Below, in pieces: positions 13,765 to 25,765 of a stretch of DNA of 64,000 bases (position 1 is the stretch's first letter; each line of letters starts with the position of its first letter). The notes beneath the pieces are model-generated. The model was not told where the DNA came from. It was given only the letters and a program-made list of their open reading frames with translations, and searched no databases. The DNA comes from Eledone cirrhosa (taxonomy: Eukaryota), in NCBI GenBank assembly GCA_964016885.1, contig OZ024742.1, forward strand, positions 311,488,001 through 311,552,000, in the 5' to 3' direction. The position numbers and the translations under genes were made by a program.

Positions 13765-14230
13765 TGTTGGCAATGTTAGGTCAGGTGACCATGTCTTGCT
13801 CATAAAGAACTGATTTTGGCTTTGTTTCTACAGCTGGATGCCCTTCCTAATGCCAAGCTCATTTACAGTGAGTACTGGGTGTTTTTTGTTGATTCCTCCA
13901 CGACTACTTTACAGTGTGGACTGGGTGTTTTTTACCGTGTCACCATCACGACCACTTTACAGTGTTTCGGCCTGTTCTCATGAAAGATATATTGGCGGGT
14001 GGGATGGAGTGGTGCATACTGTATGTATGTTTCAGCCTTGGCCTGGGCCCGTGGGAAGTTGGGGTTTCTGTATTACCTCATAACGCCAGAGATCTTGGTC
14101 CTGTGTCATTGCCTTTCAGAGGTGCAATTGGGCAAGGTCGGTTTTTATCACTTCATCTCAAGTCTTTCTGGAACTTTATGTAGCTGTCATCCTTCATACG
14201 AATCACATGTCCATACCAACATAATCTCCT
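13765..14230 (-). mobile_element. RTE-clade LINE 3' fragment
   Basis: Reverse-complement match to the RTE end at 14960-15500 (WYGHVIRMKDDS...WDEVIK-like). Confidence 0.65.
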
Positions 14231-14249
14231 CTCCTGCACACAACATTTG

Positions 14250-14880
14250 ATTCCGGCTGAGACCATGATTGGGCACTGCCCTTGTTGCTACACATTCTAT
14301 CTCCAGCCTGTGTTGGCTGGCCATTGATGTAAGAGGGAGTTTGTTGCTGCTGCCCTTAGGTTACCTTCATACCGTGATGTGGGCTCATCCGGAATCCTGG
14401 ATAATAGGGTGTCGAGAAGTTTCTTGAAAATATCCACGGCCACACCATGTAGATCTTTCAAATCCCTCGGCAGTTTGTTGAAGAGTTGAGGGCGTTTGAA
14501 CCCCAGTCTATTGCAATATCTGCTTCTTGTTCTAGATGTGGAAGACGGGACCTTTGTCACCACACAGTGACGTCCTGTTCGGGGGTTGGTCCCGCTCTCA
14601 ATACCAAAGTTTGGCGCTAGTCCCTCCAGGATTTTCCATATGTATATCACTGCGTATCTCTCCCGTCTTCGTTCCAAGGAGTAGAGTTTCAGTTCTTTTA
14701 GCCTCTCCCAGTAGCTCATCTCATTCATCGTGCAATCCTCTTGGTGTAGCTTCGTTGGATTGTCTCAAGTTCCGTGGTTAGTTTGATACTATGGGGTGAC
14801 CACAACTGGGAGCAATAGTCCAGGCGGCTTAGGACAAATGGCCTTCATAGTATCAACATGGTCTCCTGGTCTCTTATATA
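14250..14880 (-). mobile_element. CR1/L2-group LINE 3' end
   Basis: ORF 14297-14728: MSYWERLKELKLYSLERRRERYAVIYIWKILEG...LFNKLPRDLK...FKKLLDTLLSRIPDEP, a typical CR1-group ORF2 C-terminus; LDYCSQLWSP upstream. Confidence 0.85.
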
Positions 14881-14959
14881 GAAAACCTCAAATAAAAAGT
14901 TTCGATTTAACAGAGCAGAAAGAATTCGCGTCAGAATATTCCAACCAATCCAGCCTATA

Positions 14960-15580
14960 TCAGCTGAATAAATATGTATATGGAACAACAAAGCATAAAG
15001 GAATTGAGAGAGAGACTGAGCATAAGAGGAATCAAATGCTGCGTGCAGGAGAGGCGGTTACGCTGGTATGGACATGTGATGCGTATGAAGGATGACAGCT
15101 GCGTAAAAAGGTGCAGAGCACTAGAAGTTGATGGAAACCGCGGAGTGGGGAGACCCAAGATGACTTGGGATGAGGTGATAAAAGCCGACCTTACCCAACT
15201 ACACCTCTCAAAGACAATGACACACGACCGTGACTTCTGGCGTCACGCAGTAATACAGGGTACCCGACCTCCCATGGGTACATGCTGAAGCATATAAACA
15301 ATATGCCCCCACTCCCCCCACCGCAAGGTGGTCGTGGAGGTGCCACGGCAAAAAAGCACCCAGCCCACACTGTAAAGTGGACGTGTAGGCGCCACGAAAA
15401 AGCACCCAGCACTCACTGTAAATGAGGTTGGTGTTGGGAAGGGCATCCAGCTGTGGAAATCAAGCCAGATCAGTTCCTGTATGAGCAAGGCATGGTCAGC
15501 CGACCAGACACTGCCCACAACAGGACAACCCGTCTAACCCATGCTAGCGTGGAAGAACGGACGTAAAACGGTGATGATGA
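14960..15580 (+). mobile_element. RTE-clade LINE 3' end with UTR and (GAT)n tail
   Basis: RRLRWYGHVMRMKDD...RGVGRPKMTWDEVIKADL...DRDFWR, followed by the same tail that the SINEs carry. Confidence 0.85.
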
Positions 15581-16264
15581 TATATATATATACACACCCA
15601 CATGCACATATATATATATATATACACACATACGCACGCACACACACATATATATATACACACACACACTCAAACACACACATACATATACGCATGCATG
15701 CATACATGATGGCTGCCCCCTCGTTATCGAGTATGGCCAATGCATGATATCCCATTATTAATAATTATTAATTAATTCTATCGTGCAATGCCTGTGCATG
15801 AAGATATTTTTTTAAATGAGGAAAGACTGTGCACTGAGCCAATCCCACTCTCTGAGCGACAGTAGCTATAACCCGAAAAGAAGAAAATATCAACATCATC
15901 GGAATGCCCTGACAAAGGCTAGGGGTCCTTTACTCTCAGTGGTTTAACCGCTCGATCGGGTGTCCAGCCTGATTATTTCTACGTCCCCGTGCATGTACAT
16001 ACACATGCACCCATGTATATACACATATACATACATATGTACATGTGTATATACATATTTACACACTTTTGGATGGCCGTTGACTCTTATGAGATCTTCT
16101 GCCCTTTGTCAGGTTTTGTTTTTTATCCTGCAGGGTGTCCAAAATCACCCTCCTCACCAAGTAAACTTGGTGGGGTTGCCAGTTTAGTCGCCGACGTCCC
16201 GACCATGCGACAGGTTGTACTGGGTTACATGTTATCAATAGCACTCAAGAGTGACCCGACATAC

Positions 16265-18750
16265 ATACATACATACTACATGATGGCTGAAAACTCGTGT
16301 TCAAGTATTGCCATCGCCCGATAAAATGTTCAAAAATGTGAAGCACAAATGTGACTCTTTAAACCAGCCAAATACTTGCACCCTCTGGCACACACATGGC
16401 AACTTTAGGCTTCCCCGAAACCTTCCATTGCTTTGTTCTGGTTGTATGTTCACATGTATCTTTTAAGACCTCCCATGCTTGTACATTTCTTACACCTTTT
16501 CAGATCATAATCTACATGAGGTCTACTGATATGACTTTGTTCATGTCTAATCAAACCAGCTTTGCTCAGGCTGACTCGACCACAGTACTGGCAAACCAGA
16601 TGATGTTCAACAGCAGGCAGTTCAGAACAGTCTCAATCCTCACCTTCCTTTTCAGAGTTAGGTGTTATCTCCAACGAGTTTCAAAGTGTTCACCACCTGA
16701 CTTGATCAAACGTCTCCACTTCACACGCTCGTCAGCCATTTTCTCCCATTCGTCAGATGAAATTCCAGCACAAGCCAAGGTGCCCCTGATACAGTCCCGG
16801 TATCGCCTTTTTGGTTTATGTGGTGGTCGCCTTCCTTCACAGTTCTCCATAGATAAGTTGCTTTGGAATACGATCATCAGACATCCGGACCACGTGACTG
16901 CACCACCTCAACCGATACCGAAAGATTATGCTCTCTATAGTCACGCACCTGCTCCGTTCTAGAACTTCCAAATCACCGACGAACATTTTCCACCACACCC
17001 CAAGTAACTTATGAAGAGATTGTTGGTGAAATCTCTCCAGATCCTTGAGGTGCTTTCTGTATGTGACCCACGTTTCACAAACATAAAGTAAAGAGGAGAC
17101 GACACAAGTCAGATACACTTTCACCTTGGTTTCGATAGTGATACCTCGTCTGGACCATAAACGTTGATGCAACCGTCCAAAAGCATCACTGGCTTTCTTG
17201 ATTCTTAAGGATATTTCATTATCATGTGTGCATGAAGTGTTCAACGTACTACCAAGGTAAACAAACTTGTCAGCAACTTTTAGCCTCTTTCCGTACACGT
17301 ACACACTTGGTGCAGTGTACTCGTTTCCAGGTACTGGCTGATACATCACAACAGTCTTTTCCAAGCTTATTGTGACGCCCAAAGTGCTGGAAGCTGCAGA
17401 AAAAGAGTTCATAATATGCTGCATGTCACTTTGTGAGTGTGCAAATAGATCGCAGTCGTCTGCATACAAAAACTCTCGGATTATAGATGTTAATACTTTT
17501 GTGCTTGTACCAAAGCGCCTGGTGTTGAACAACCTTCCTGAAGTGCGATACCTGATGTAAACCCCATGAGAACAATATTTGAATGCCATGAGAAACACTA
17601 TCGTAAAATATAAGGAAAACAGAGTTGGAGCCGGAATGTCCCCCTGCTTCACTCCATTTTCAACTGATATTGGTTCAGAGATGCTACCACCAATACTGAC
17701 CAAAGCCTTCATGTCATCATGGAAAATATGCAGAATCTTCTACCCTACCTTGGATTTTTTTCCCACAACGCAGTTAGATTGACAGTGTCAAAGGCCTTTG
17801 TCAAGTCAACAAAGACCTGGTAAAGGTCCATACATTGTTCGATACACTTTTCTTGCAGCTGCAGAGCAGAAACGATCATATCCACTGTTCCTCTTTCGTT
17901 TCTGAACCCACACTGCGACTCAGGCAACACATTCAGAGCAACTCTCGGGATCAATCTATCCATCAATATTCGACACGACTTTACCAACTACTGAAAGAAG
18001 GGATATGACATGATAATTGCCACATTTGTCCTTGCCGTCCTTTCCTTTATGGAGAATCACCATGAGGCATCCTTCTTGTGGGACATTCTCATCTTCCCAC
18101 ACCATTTTCATGAGGTCAGTCAGGCGCTGCGTGAAGTTTTCACCACCACACTTCAAAACCGCTCCACTCAGACCATCCATACCAGGAGACTTACCACAGT
18201 TCAGCTTATGCACAACAGAAGTCCCCTCTGCAAGAGAAGATACATTAGCCATCTCATATGCTTCACTGGTTCAATAGGAATGGAACAAATGAAATCATCA
18301 TCAACCTGGTTTAAGAGCTCATCAAAGTGATCTCTCTATCTGTCGAGTGTCTTTTGGGTCACGCAGTAATTGCTTGCCATCTTTCGATCTCAAAGGGGCC
18401 ACTGGAGAGCTGAAAGAGCCATACACCTCTGTGAGTAGAAAGTGCGGCAGTTTCACATTGTTGCCGTCAGATGCCACTTGAACTTCATCTGCTTTGTTGC
18501 TCCACCAGGTATTTTGCATAGCCCTGAGTTTCACCTGCACTTCCTTCTTTACCTGTCTGTAACGCTCATAATTGTCACCAACAGAGCTACCACCTTTAAG
18601 AACTGCATCAAGTGCCTTTTGTTTTCTGTCTAGCAGAGCCTTGACCTCCTGGTCATTCTCATCAAACCAGTCCTTGTTTTCTTGTAACAAAGCCAAGGAC
18701 CTCTGCTGAAGTCTCATAGACCGAGCTCCTGAAGTCCTTCCAGTTGTTCT
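16265..18750 (-). mobile_element. Decayed RTE (BovB-like) LINE ORF2 with RT domain and C-terminal C2H2-like zinc fingers
   Basis: Consecutive frameshifted ORFs: KSPGMDG, LPESQCGFR, FVDLTKAFDTVN, GVKQGDIPAPTLF, FLYADD, FVYLGS, RLRWCSHVVRMSDDRIPKQLIYGEL; downstream CQYCGRV and CHVCARGCKYLAGLKSH. Confidence 0.9.
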
Positions 18751-19519
18751 CATACACGCATACATACTTACATATATACATGTATACATAGATGCATACA
18801 TCCATACATACATGTATACACACATACATCCATACATCCATCCATACATACATACATGTATACACACATACATACATACATCCATCCATACGTGTATACA
18901 TACATACAATGGTTAAAGTGTTTGACTGACGACCATAAGTTCATGGATTCATATTTGGGACCGGGTAGTTATTGAATCAACCTGATATCAATGTTTATTA
19001 TACAGCACACTTCCTCTTTGGTATAATATGACACATAGTAATATCTAACATAGTACCCATCTAATCTGTTATAATATGATTTACCGTTCCTCTGTGAAGG
19101 CACATAACTTAAGGGTTACGGTACTGGACTAACCATTATAAAGTCATGGGCTCGTTTCTTCGATCCTGCAGCATGTTGCGTCCTTCAGTAAAATACTTTA
19201 GTTCGTGTAGTAGCATCTTCTACCAGGACTTGCGGCAGACAGATAATATCAGTAATGGAAAAAACCTTGTTTCATTAGTATGACCTGGAAATCAGTTCCA
19301 CTCTATTTATCTTCTTTATTAAAGGCAATCAAATTATTTTTTATTTTATTCTTTTTCTTATTTTTCCATGTTTGTTAAATAAATTCCAAAAAATCGAACT
19401 AAATTGAAATTTTGTAATAAAATTTCCATAAAAGTTAATGTTTACAATACAATAAAATGTAATAAAATGTATTGAAGTCGACGAAATGTGGACCTTCATT
19501 TTTGAAAGATGGATAATGC

Positions 19520-19772
19520 TATAAGCAGACCTTACAATATTGTACCACAATTTTCCTTTGTGCAAAAGTGGGCAGCCGAATTTAGGAAAGGATAGGGGAT
19601 TCTTGAAGATGACCCAATGTTTGGACGTCCTACAACTGCCACTACCGAGGAAAACATTAATCTCAGTACTGCAACACCGATGGAAGAAGTGTGTGGAACG
19701 CAAGGGAGACTATGTTGTAAAATATACCTCATTTGGTCACATTCCATGAGAGTATCTTTGTCAACCCTCGTA
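19520..19772 (+). mobile_element. Internally deleted mariner transposon remnant
   Basis: KWAAEF...EDDPMFGRPTTATTEENI (N-terminal mariner motif) joined to LQHRWKKCVERKGDYV (C-terminal motif), ending CAACCCTCGTA. Confidence 0.75.
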
Positions 19773-19807
19773 TCTATGCGCAATATACGTAAAGATACAG
19801 AATTGCG

Positions 19808-20217
19808 GGCACTACAACGCTATTAGCTGTCATATTTGTTGGTGTAAATAAATTTGATTATAAAACTTAAATTTATGAATGACTTGCTTTCTACATTGAT
19901 AACCATGACTTGTTTTCTAATTTGGCCCTTTTAAGGGCCACCTATATTTTCATTTAAGTAACTCCACTTACATCGATATGCTTTATAACCATGACTTGTT
20001 TTCTATTTGTTTTTTCTATTTGTTTTCTAATTTGGCCCTTTTAATTCTCCCCCCCCTCTCTCTCTTTTCCCTATCTCTCCTCTTCCCTCTCTCTCTCAAA
20101 AAAACACGTGAAAACTCCACATACGCGTGGTAGTAATACGGAAATAAACGATGTTGACGAGTGACGTCACCTTCGCCTGTTTTCCACTGGACTGACAGCT
20201 AATAGCGTTGTAGTGCC
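19808..20217. mobile_element. 410-bp MITE-sized unit sharing the right TIR of the 19-kb segment
   Basis: Third TIR copy GGCACTACAACGCTATTAGCTGTCA at 19808-19832; its left flank (GAATTGCG) does not match the right flank (TTTCAACG). Confidence 0.7.
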
Positions 20218-20610
20218 TTTCAACGTACCAATAACAAAAAATAGCCTATATAAACAAACAATCCCAAAAGTATACATATACACACTACTTCGATGTAGAG
20301 ATATACAGTTACAAACATTTTTCTTCTTTTATTCATTCTTCCCGATATTTTAGAATTTTATTATATATAAATTACGTGTCATAATAATAAATTTAACAAC
20401 TTAAATAAATGTTTAAAAAGATGAACATTAACTTCTTTTACATAAATTCATAGCACAAAATGATGACGTCAACCCCAAGCAAGATGACGTATTAAACATA
20501 TACTGATATTTATGTTTTCATTGTCAGTTGAACATTTATAAAATTTCTCTCTAAAATATTCCTTCCCTTCAGAGTACAATCTGGTCAAAAACTGTAACAA
20601 AGAATTTAAA

Positions 20611-20675
20611 ATGTCAGATCCTTATTCAAGTGCCAGAGGATCACTTAAACTGAAAAAGAATGCAAAAGTAAATAA
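20611..20675 (+). CDS. FAM32A: FAM32A coding exon 1
   Basis: ATG..MSDPYSSARGSLKLKKNAKVN, GxLKLK motif of FAM32A; phase-2 donor AA|GTAAGT. Confidence 0.85.
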
Positions 20676-20749
20676 GTAAGTACTTTGTTTATGAGTCTAA
20701 ATAAGTTCTCGAGCAGTGAGAAGAAAAAGGCCTTAAATATAGTTTTGTA

Positions 20750-21030
20750 GCGACACATTCTCTAGCGGCAACCTGGTGCAATGATGGTCAGACCCATGTT
20801 TCGTTGATCGACAAGCTGAAGATCGCAAGCTGTTGAAGTAACGGCCTCTTCCGATAGGTGTGTCTTTGAACCTGTGACGGTGGAGACTTCTTGTGTTATG
20901 GATCACCTCTCCACTGCCTGCTATCGAGGTAGAGTTGGATACCCGTGAGCTGGAATCGCTATTTCAAAGACGTCTCCTTCGTTATCCTCGGAGGTAACAC
21001 TTTCTCCAGTCTGTCAGCTGGGACCACGAA
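20750..21030 (+). mobile_element. Degenerate CRE-clade 3' fragment in FAM32A intron 1
   Basis: FEPVTVETSCV...LFQRRL..ILGGN, resembling the C-terminus of the restriction-like endonuclease. Confidence 0.55.
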
Positions 21031-21361
21031 GTAACTTATGTCTGGGGGACCATGAAGCACACCAGAAACTGTTCTCCCAGATTGTCCGGACATGAATCAT
21101 TGGAGTAGCGATGATGTAGGTTACTTATTCCCACATTTAACTAAACACTTTATTTGTAGATATATGGAAAGTAGAAATGAGATCGTGAGATTTTCACACA
21201 TATCGATCTCTACCCTTCATTTTTATTTGATGACCAATAGATTATTGTCCGATTACTTTAGAAATGAATTCCATCCTTGTTTACTTCCATTCGTTAATGT
21301 TTCTTTTTTTCTGCTTCGTGAATACGATTGATTCAATGTAGTGAAATAAATAATATATATA

Positions 21362-21675
21362 TATACATAAAAGAAAAAACACAAGCATGTAATTTACACA
21401 TCTAGGATCACATACAGGAAAAGGCAGGCGAAAGGGGTGGACAAAAGAACCGCTACCAGAGCAAAAGATAACATTATCTTGGGGAGCACTGGAAAACCTC
21501 TAATAATTTTTGAGACAAGCCAGCACGCTCACAACGTTACCTCGAGAGATGGCAAGGCTGAATCGCTGGAAAAGCCAAGCGCCTTCACGAGCATCACTAG
21601 TTACCTCGGTTAGGCGAGCCGCCAGTGAAGACAAGAACCTCGCAGCTAGCGGCCCAACTCCCCCAAACATCTCGT
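21362..21675 (-). mobile_element. CRE-clade 3' fragment
   Basis: Minus strand EMFGGVGPLAARFLSSLAARLTEVTSDAREGAWLFQRFSLAISRGNVVSVLACLKNY plus UTR; matches 32182-32360. Confidence 0.8.
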
Positions 21676-21989
21676 TTGGATCTGTATTTGTTTTAGCCTG
21701 AACGTAATCTCGGAAATCTTTTCATCGTGTCTTCTAATTTATTATATCGAAATAAACGTTCACATTTTTTCCGAAACAAATATGCTGACAAGATAGATTG
21801 GATTGCTTGAAATAACAGACACAAATGCCATAACTGTCTAAATGCAACACATACACAGATATATTTCTATTACTGTATTGTGGTATGGTAAATAAATATA
21901 TACATATACATCAGGTCTGAATACAATGGAACCAAATTCCCAGTCATTACCTCCGCCTCTCTCGCTCTCCCATCTCTCATTATTATAAG

Positions 21990-22450
21990 CAAATGGGGGC
22001 CCACGTGCTGGCCTCCTTGCGGGCCTGGCAGACAGAATAGAGAAGGCGTTTCCTCGGAGGATGGTGAGGAGATACACTGGAAAAACCATTCCAGCCCGCG
22101 AGGCTTACACTTGCAGGTAGCCAACTCTGTGCCGATGGTGGTGAGTAGGGAGGTGGTTCTAGGACTTAAGACACTGGAAATCTCCATTGTTATGGGCTCA
22201 ACTGCAAACCTGTCCGAAAGCGACTGATATTTGGAGAGTTTACTTTCCTTGGCCTGAAGTGCAGCAGAGCCTGGCTTAGCAGTCTGCATCAGGTTGTCGC
22301 TTCATGTGGCATCCCAGAAGAGGGGTTTACCACTGGGGAGCGGGAAGATGGTGATGCTGTCCCTTCAGTCCAGCCCCACCAGCTCGATCTGGGAGGGGAA
22401 GCCTGCAGCATCCAAGCTTTATGACCTCGTTGAGAGCAACATGGCATGGA
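21990..22450 (-). mobile_element. CRE-clade 3' fragment, second subfamily
   Basis: HVALNEVIK..LDAAGFPSQIE..GKPLFWDAT..KESKLSKYQSLSDRFAVEPITMEISSVL..WFFQCIS..LRGNAFSIL. Confidence 0.7.
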
Positions 22451-23019
22451 AGGTGGCTGGCACTATCTTTGCCTTTCATCTTTACGAGGTCGATAAAGTA
22501 CCAGTAACACACTGGGACCTATTTAATTGACTTTCCCCTACCCCCAAATTGCTGGCCTTGTGCCTATTGTAGAAATCATTATTATTATTAATCAGTCAAC
22601 TTTTTCAAGTTCACTTGAAAGGAAGATAAAAGTGGAGAGAGAAATGCTGCCCCCAGAACATTTTTTAAAAGGTAGGTGATTGTTGTTTGGATGGGCCCAC
22701 TCTGAACATGTGCCTGTAGGCTGGAAAGATGGAGGGAGAGAGGGGCACCCTCCTAGGGTGCTCTTGGAGATGAGGGTGGGTTGGGATTTGTGGGGTTCCT
22801 AATGTCACCCCTGGGCGGTACCCCCCCTCCCAGTGGGAATTTCTGTTGATATTTTGTTGTCAGTTGTTTTGTGAATTTTTTTTTACTCAATATTATTGTA
22901 AACCCCCACTGTCCCTATCTTTGTATTGTCCTCTATGTTCGGCCTTTGTGGCCAATAATAAAGAAATTATTATTATTATTATTAATATGGTTGTTATCAT
23001 TATTTGCTTTTAATATCAG

Positions 23020-23167
23020 GAAGAATTCTGGAGGTAAATCAAAAAAACTGAAGAAATCACTGGAGAAAGTTTCCAGTGATTCAGAAGTTCTAGATCCTTC
23101 TGTTAGAAATGTCATCCAAAAACAGACAAAAGCTGAATTAGCTTTTGAAAAATCTAAGGACAAAAGA
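23020..23167 (+). CDS. FAM32A: FAM32A coding exon 2
   Basis: Acceptor CAG|G restores the phase; KNSGGKSKKLKKSLEK...KQTKAELAFEKSKDKR; donor GT at 23168. Confidence 0.85.
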
Positions 23168-24369
23168 GTAAATATATCGTTTTATACTATTTATATCAAT
23201 CCCTCTCTTCTTTCTCTCTCTCTATCTATATATATATCTTCATTATCATCATTTTTTAACGTCTCTCTCCATGTTCTCTTTTACTCTTTTACCTTTTTTA
23301 CCCGTTCTAGACATCTGGCTGAGGTCATGCTGGGGTACCAATCTTCATTATCATCATCATTGTTTAACATCCATTTTCCACACTTGCATAGGTTAATCAG
23401 GTTGTCACATTATGAGACAATTCAGGTCATGAGACCACGTTTTGCTCATACAGATCTGTATTTTGGCTTGGCTTCTACAGCTGGATATTCTTCCTAATGC
23501 CAACCACATTTGCAGTGTGGACCTGGATTTTTGTATTGTGGGACCAAAACGCCCATGTTACAATGTGGAATGGGTGCTTTTTATCATGGCACTGAAACAT
23601 CCATCTAACAGGGTGGACTGGACACTTTTTCTGTCACCAGCATGACCACCTTACAGGATGGACTGGACACTTTTTGTTGTGTCACCAACACGACTACTTT
23701 ACAAGGTGGACTGCATGCTTTTGTTGTGTCACCAGCACAAACACCTTACTGGGTTGACTGAGTGCTTTTTCTCGTGTTACCAGGACAACCGTTATACAGG
23801 GTTAACTGGGGGCCTCCTGTCAAGTTACCAGCACAACCATCTTATAGAGTTCATTTGAAGCTACCGCTTGTCATGTTACCAGTATGACCACCTTATAGGG
23901 TGGACTGGGTGCTATTGTGGCACAAGATGGGTGCAATTATAAAAATCTACCCTAATGTTAAATGGTTTCCAAGTTTTTTAAGGCACACACATTATTCGAT
24001 GTGTATATTAAATAAAAATTTGTTACATTTGAGAGGATGGCGTTCTTGCTATCTGCTAAAAACAAAATGCAAATTACTTCCAGCATGTGAGTGGCTGGAG
24101 GTGAACAAAAATTTGAGAAACTTGTTGAATCTTAATAAAACGGATGAAATGGTAAAATTCATTTCATAATGTAGTTGTGAACCAAAAACTATACACTAGA
24201 TGACACTTAAAATATTTAGAATATCAAAATATTTAAACTTCATAAATATATTCTCCACTCATTTCATAACCACACCATCTAAATGTGTTGATTAGCTGCT
24301 TTGGCTTATACACAGGGCTTCGATTTTTACCCATTTCTCAGACATAAAATAGGGGTTGGTTTATATATT

Positions 24370-24720
24370 GGATTGCTTGGAGAGAGATGAGGCAAGCATG
24401 ATTCAAAGGATGTGTTATGTTAATGTGTGAGATGACCTGAGAGAGAAACTGGATATAAGAACAATCAGTAGTGTTGCAGGAGAAGAGACTGCATTGGTAT
24501 GGACATATAATGTGCATGGATGATGATCACTGGGTGAAAAAGTGCCAAGTAGTCCCAGTGGAAGGAAGCCACAATAGAGGAAGACCTGGCTGAAAGTGAT
24601 GAGAACTGATCTCAGATTGCTGAAGCTCATGGAGGAGATGGCAAAGTAATGTAACAAGTAAAGAGATGTTGTATTGCGAAGGACCTGTCTAATCCATGCA
24701 AACGTGGAACATGATGATAT
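24370..24720 (+). mobile_element. Decayed RTE 3' end in FAM32A intron 2
   Basis: RRLHWYGHIMCMDDDHWVKKC...RKTWLKVMRTDL, ending CCCATGC-like tail and (GAT)n. Confidence 0.7.
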
Positions 24721-25031
24721 ATATATATTCAATGTGGATGATGATGATATATATATTCAAAATTTATTTAACCCTTTACCATCGACATTACTCTATATTT
24801 ATTATTGTATTTTCGCAGTAAAGACTTTACCTTATATAATTATCAAACATAATATTGAATCTATGAGATTTTGATATTATTTATTTTGAGAACAATACCA
24901 TAACATCAATACAGGTGGCTGGTTACAGCCGGTTTGAACAGAGAGAGTTGAGATGATTCTGGTCGGATACGGCCAGTTTAAATCTTAATGGTCTGCTGTT
25001 TACATTGATTCATTTATTTTATTTTTTTTAG

Positions 25032-25085
25032 TTAGTTGAACAGATTGTGGAACGTGCTTCCAAGTCACACAAGGAAAGAATTATG
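25032..25085 (+). CDS. FAM32A: FAM32A coding exon 3
   Basis: TTTTAG|LVEQIVERASKSHKERIM|GTAAG; matches the FAM32A ASKxHKxR motif. Confidence 0.9.
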
Positions 25086-25544
25086 GTAAGATCTCTTTGT
25101 TCAGGATTTTATTCATTTTTATTGACAGTATCATAGGGCGGTGGATTGGCAGAATCGGTAGAGCGTCGGACACCATGCTTTGCAGCAGAGTTACACTTCT
25201 TTACGTTCTGAGTTCAGATCTTGGTGAGGTTGGCTTTGCCTTTCGTCCTTATGGGGGTCGATAAAATAATGTACCAGTGATGCACTGGGATTGATTTGGT
25301 TGACTTATTATTACTCTAACTCTTGTTAGCAAGGAAAGTGGCGGTTAAATAATGATGATGATGATAAGGATGATGTTGGTGGTGGTGGCAGTGGCATCAA
25401 TATCGTTGTAGATTTAATAACTCAAATTTGAGATTGGGTGGCCATTATTGAAATGCTTTGATTGTAGGTCTACTTGGTGTGAGCTAAACTAGAGCTAAAC
25501 AGCGTCATTGCTCTCTCTCTACCAGTCATTTTACTACTGTCATC

Positions 25545-25765
25545 ATCACTGTTTCCAATCACCTCTCCCTCCACCATCATCACCCACCATGACCACCTCC
25601 ATCACTACCATCATCACTACCATCATTATCACCACCATCATTGCCACCACCCCACTGTTGTCATCACCACTGCCATAATCATTACCAGCACCATTATCAT
25701 CACCACCAATACCATCATTATCGCTACCATCATCACCACTGTCATCATCACAACCATCATCATTC
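25545..25765. repeat. (CAC/CAT)n degenerate trinucleotide microsatellite
   Basis: Direct reading; lies in FAM32A intron 3. Confidence 0.85.

Larger units (their letters stand above)
1119..20217. mobile_element. 19.1-kb TIR-bounded segment (Merlin-like non-autonomous or composite DNA transposon) with 8-bp TSD
   Basis: GGCACTACAACGCTATTAGCTGTCAGTC at 1119-1146 and its exact reverse complement at 20190-20217; TTTCAACG directly outside both ends (1111-1118, 20218-20225); further inverted subterminal blocks at about 1168-1210 vs 20112-20155 and 1258-1325 vs 19918-19987. Confidence 0.75.

Noticed and set aside
15830-15990. Possible structured RNA (HDV-like ribozyme) near RTE fragments
   Set aside because: Could not assemble the nested double pseudoknot by eye; needs a covariance-model search.
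22871-23497. 208-aa ORF as a stand-alone gene
   Set aside because: Only 23020-23167 is coding (FAM32A exon 2); the rest is intron read-through.
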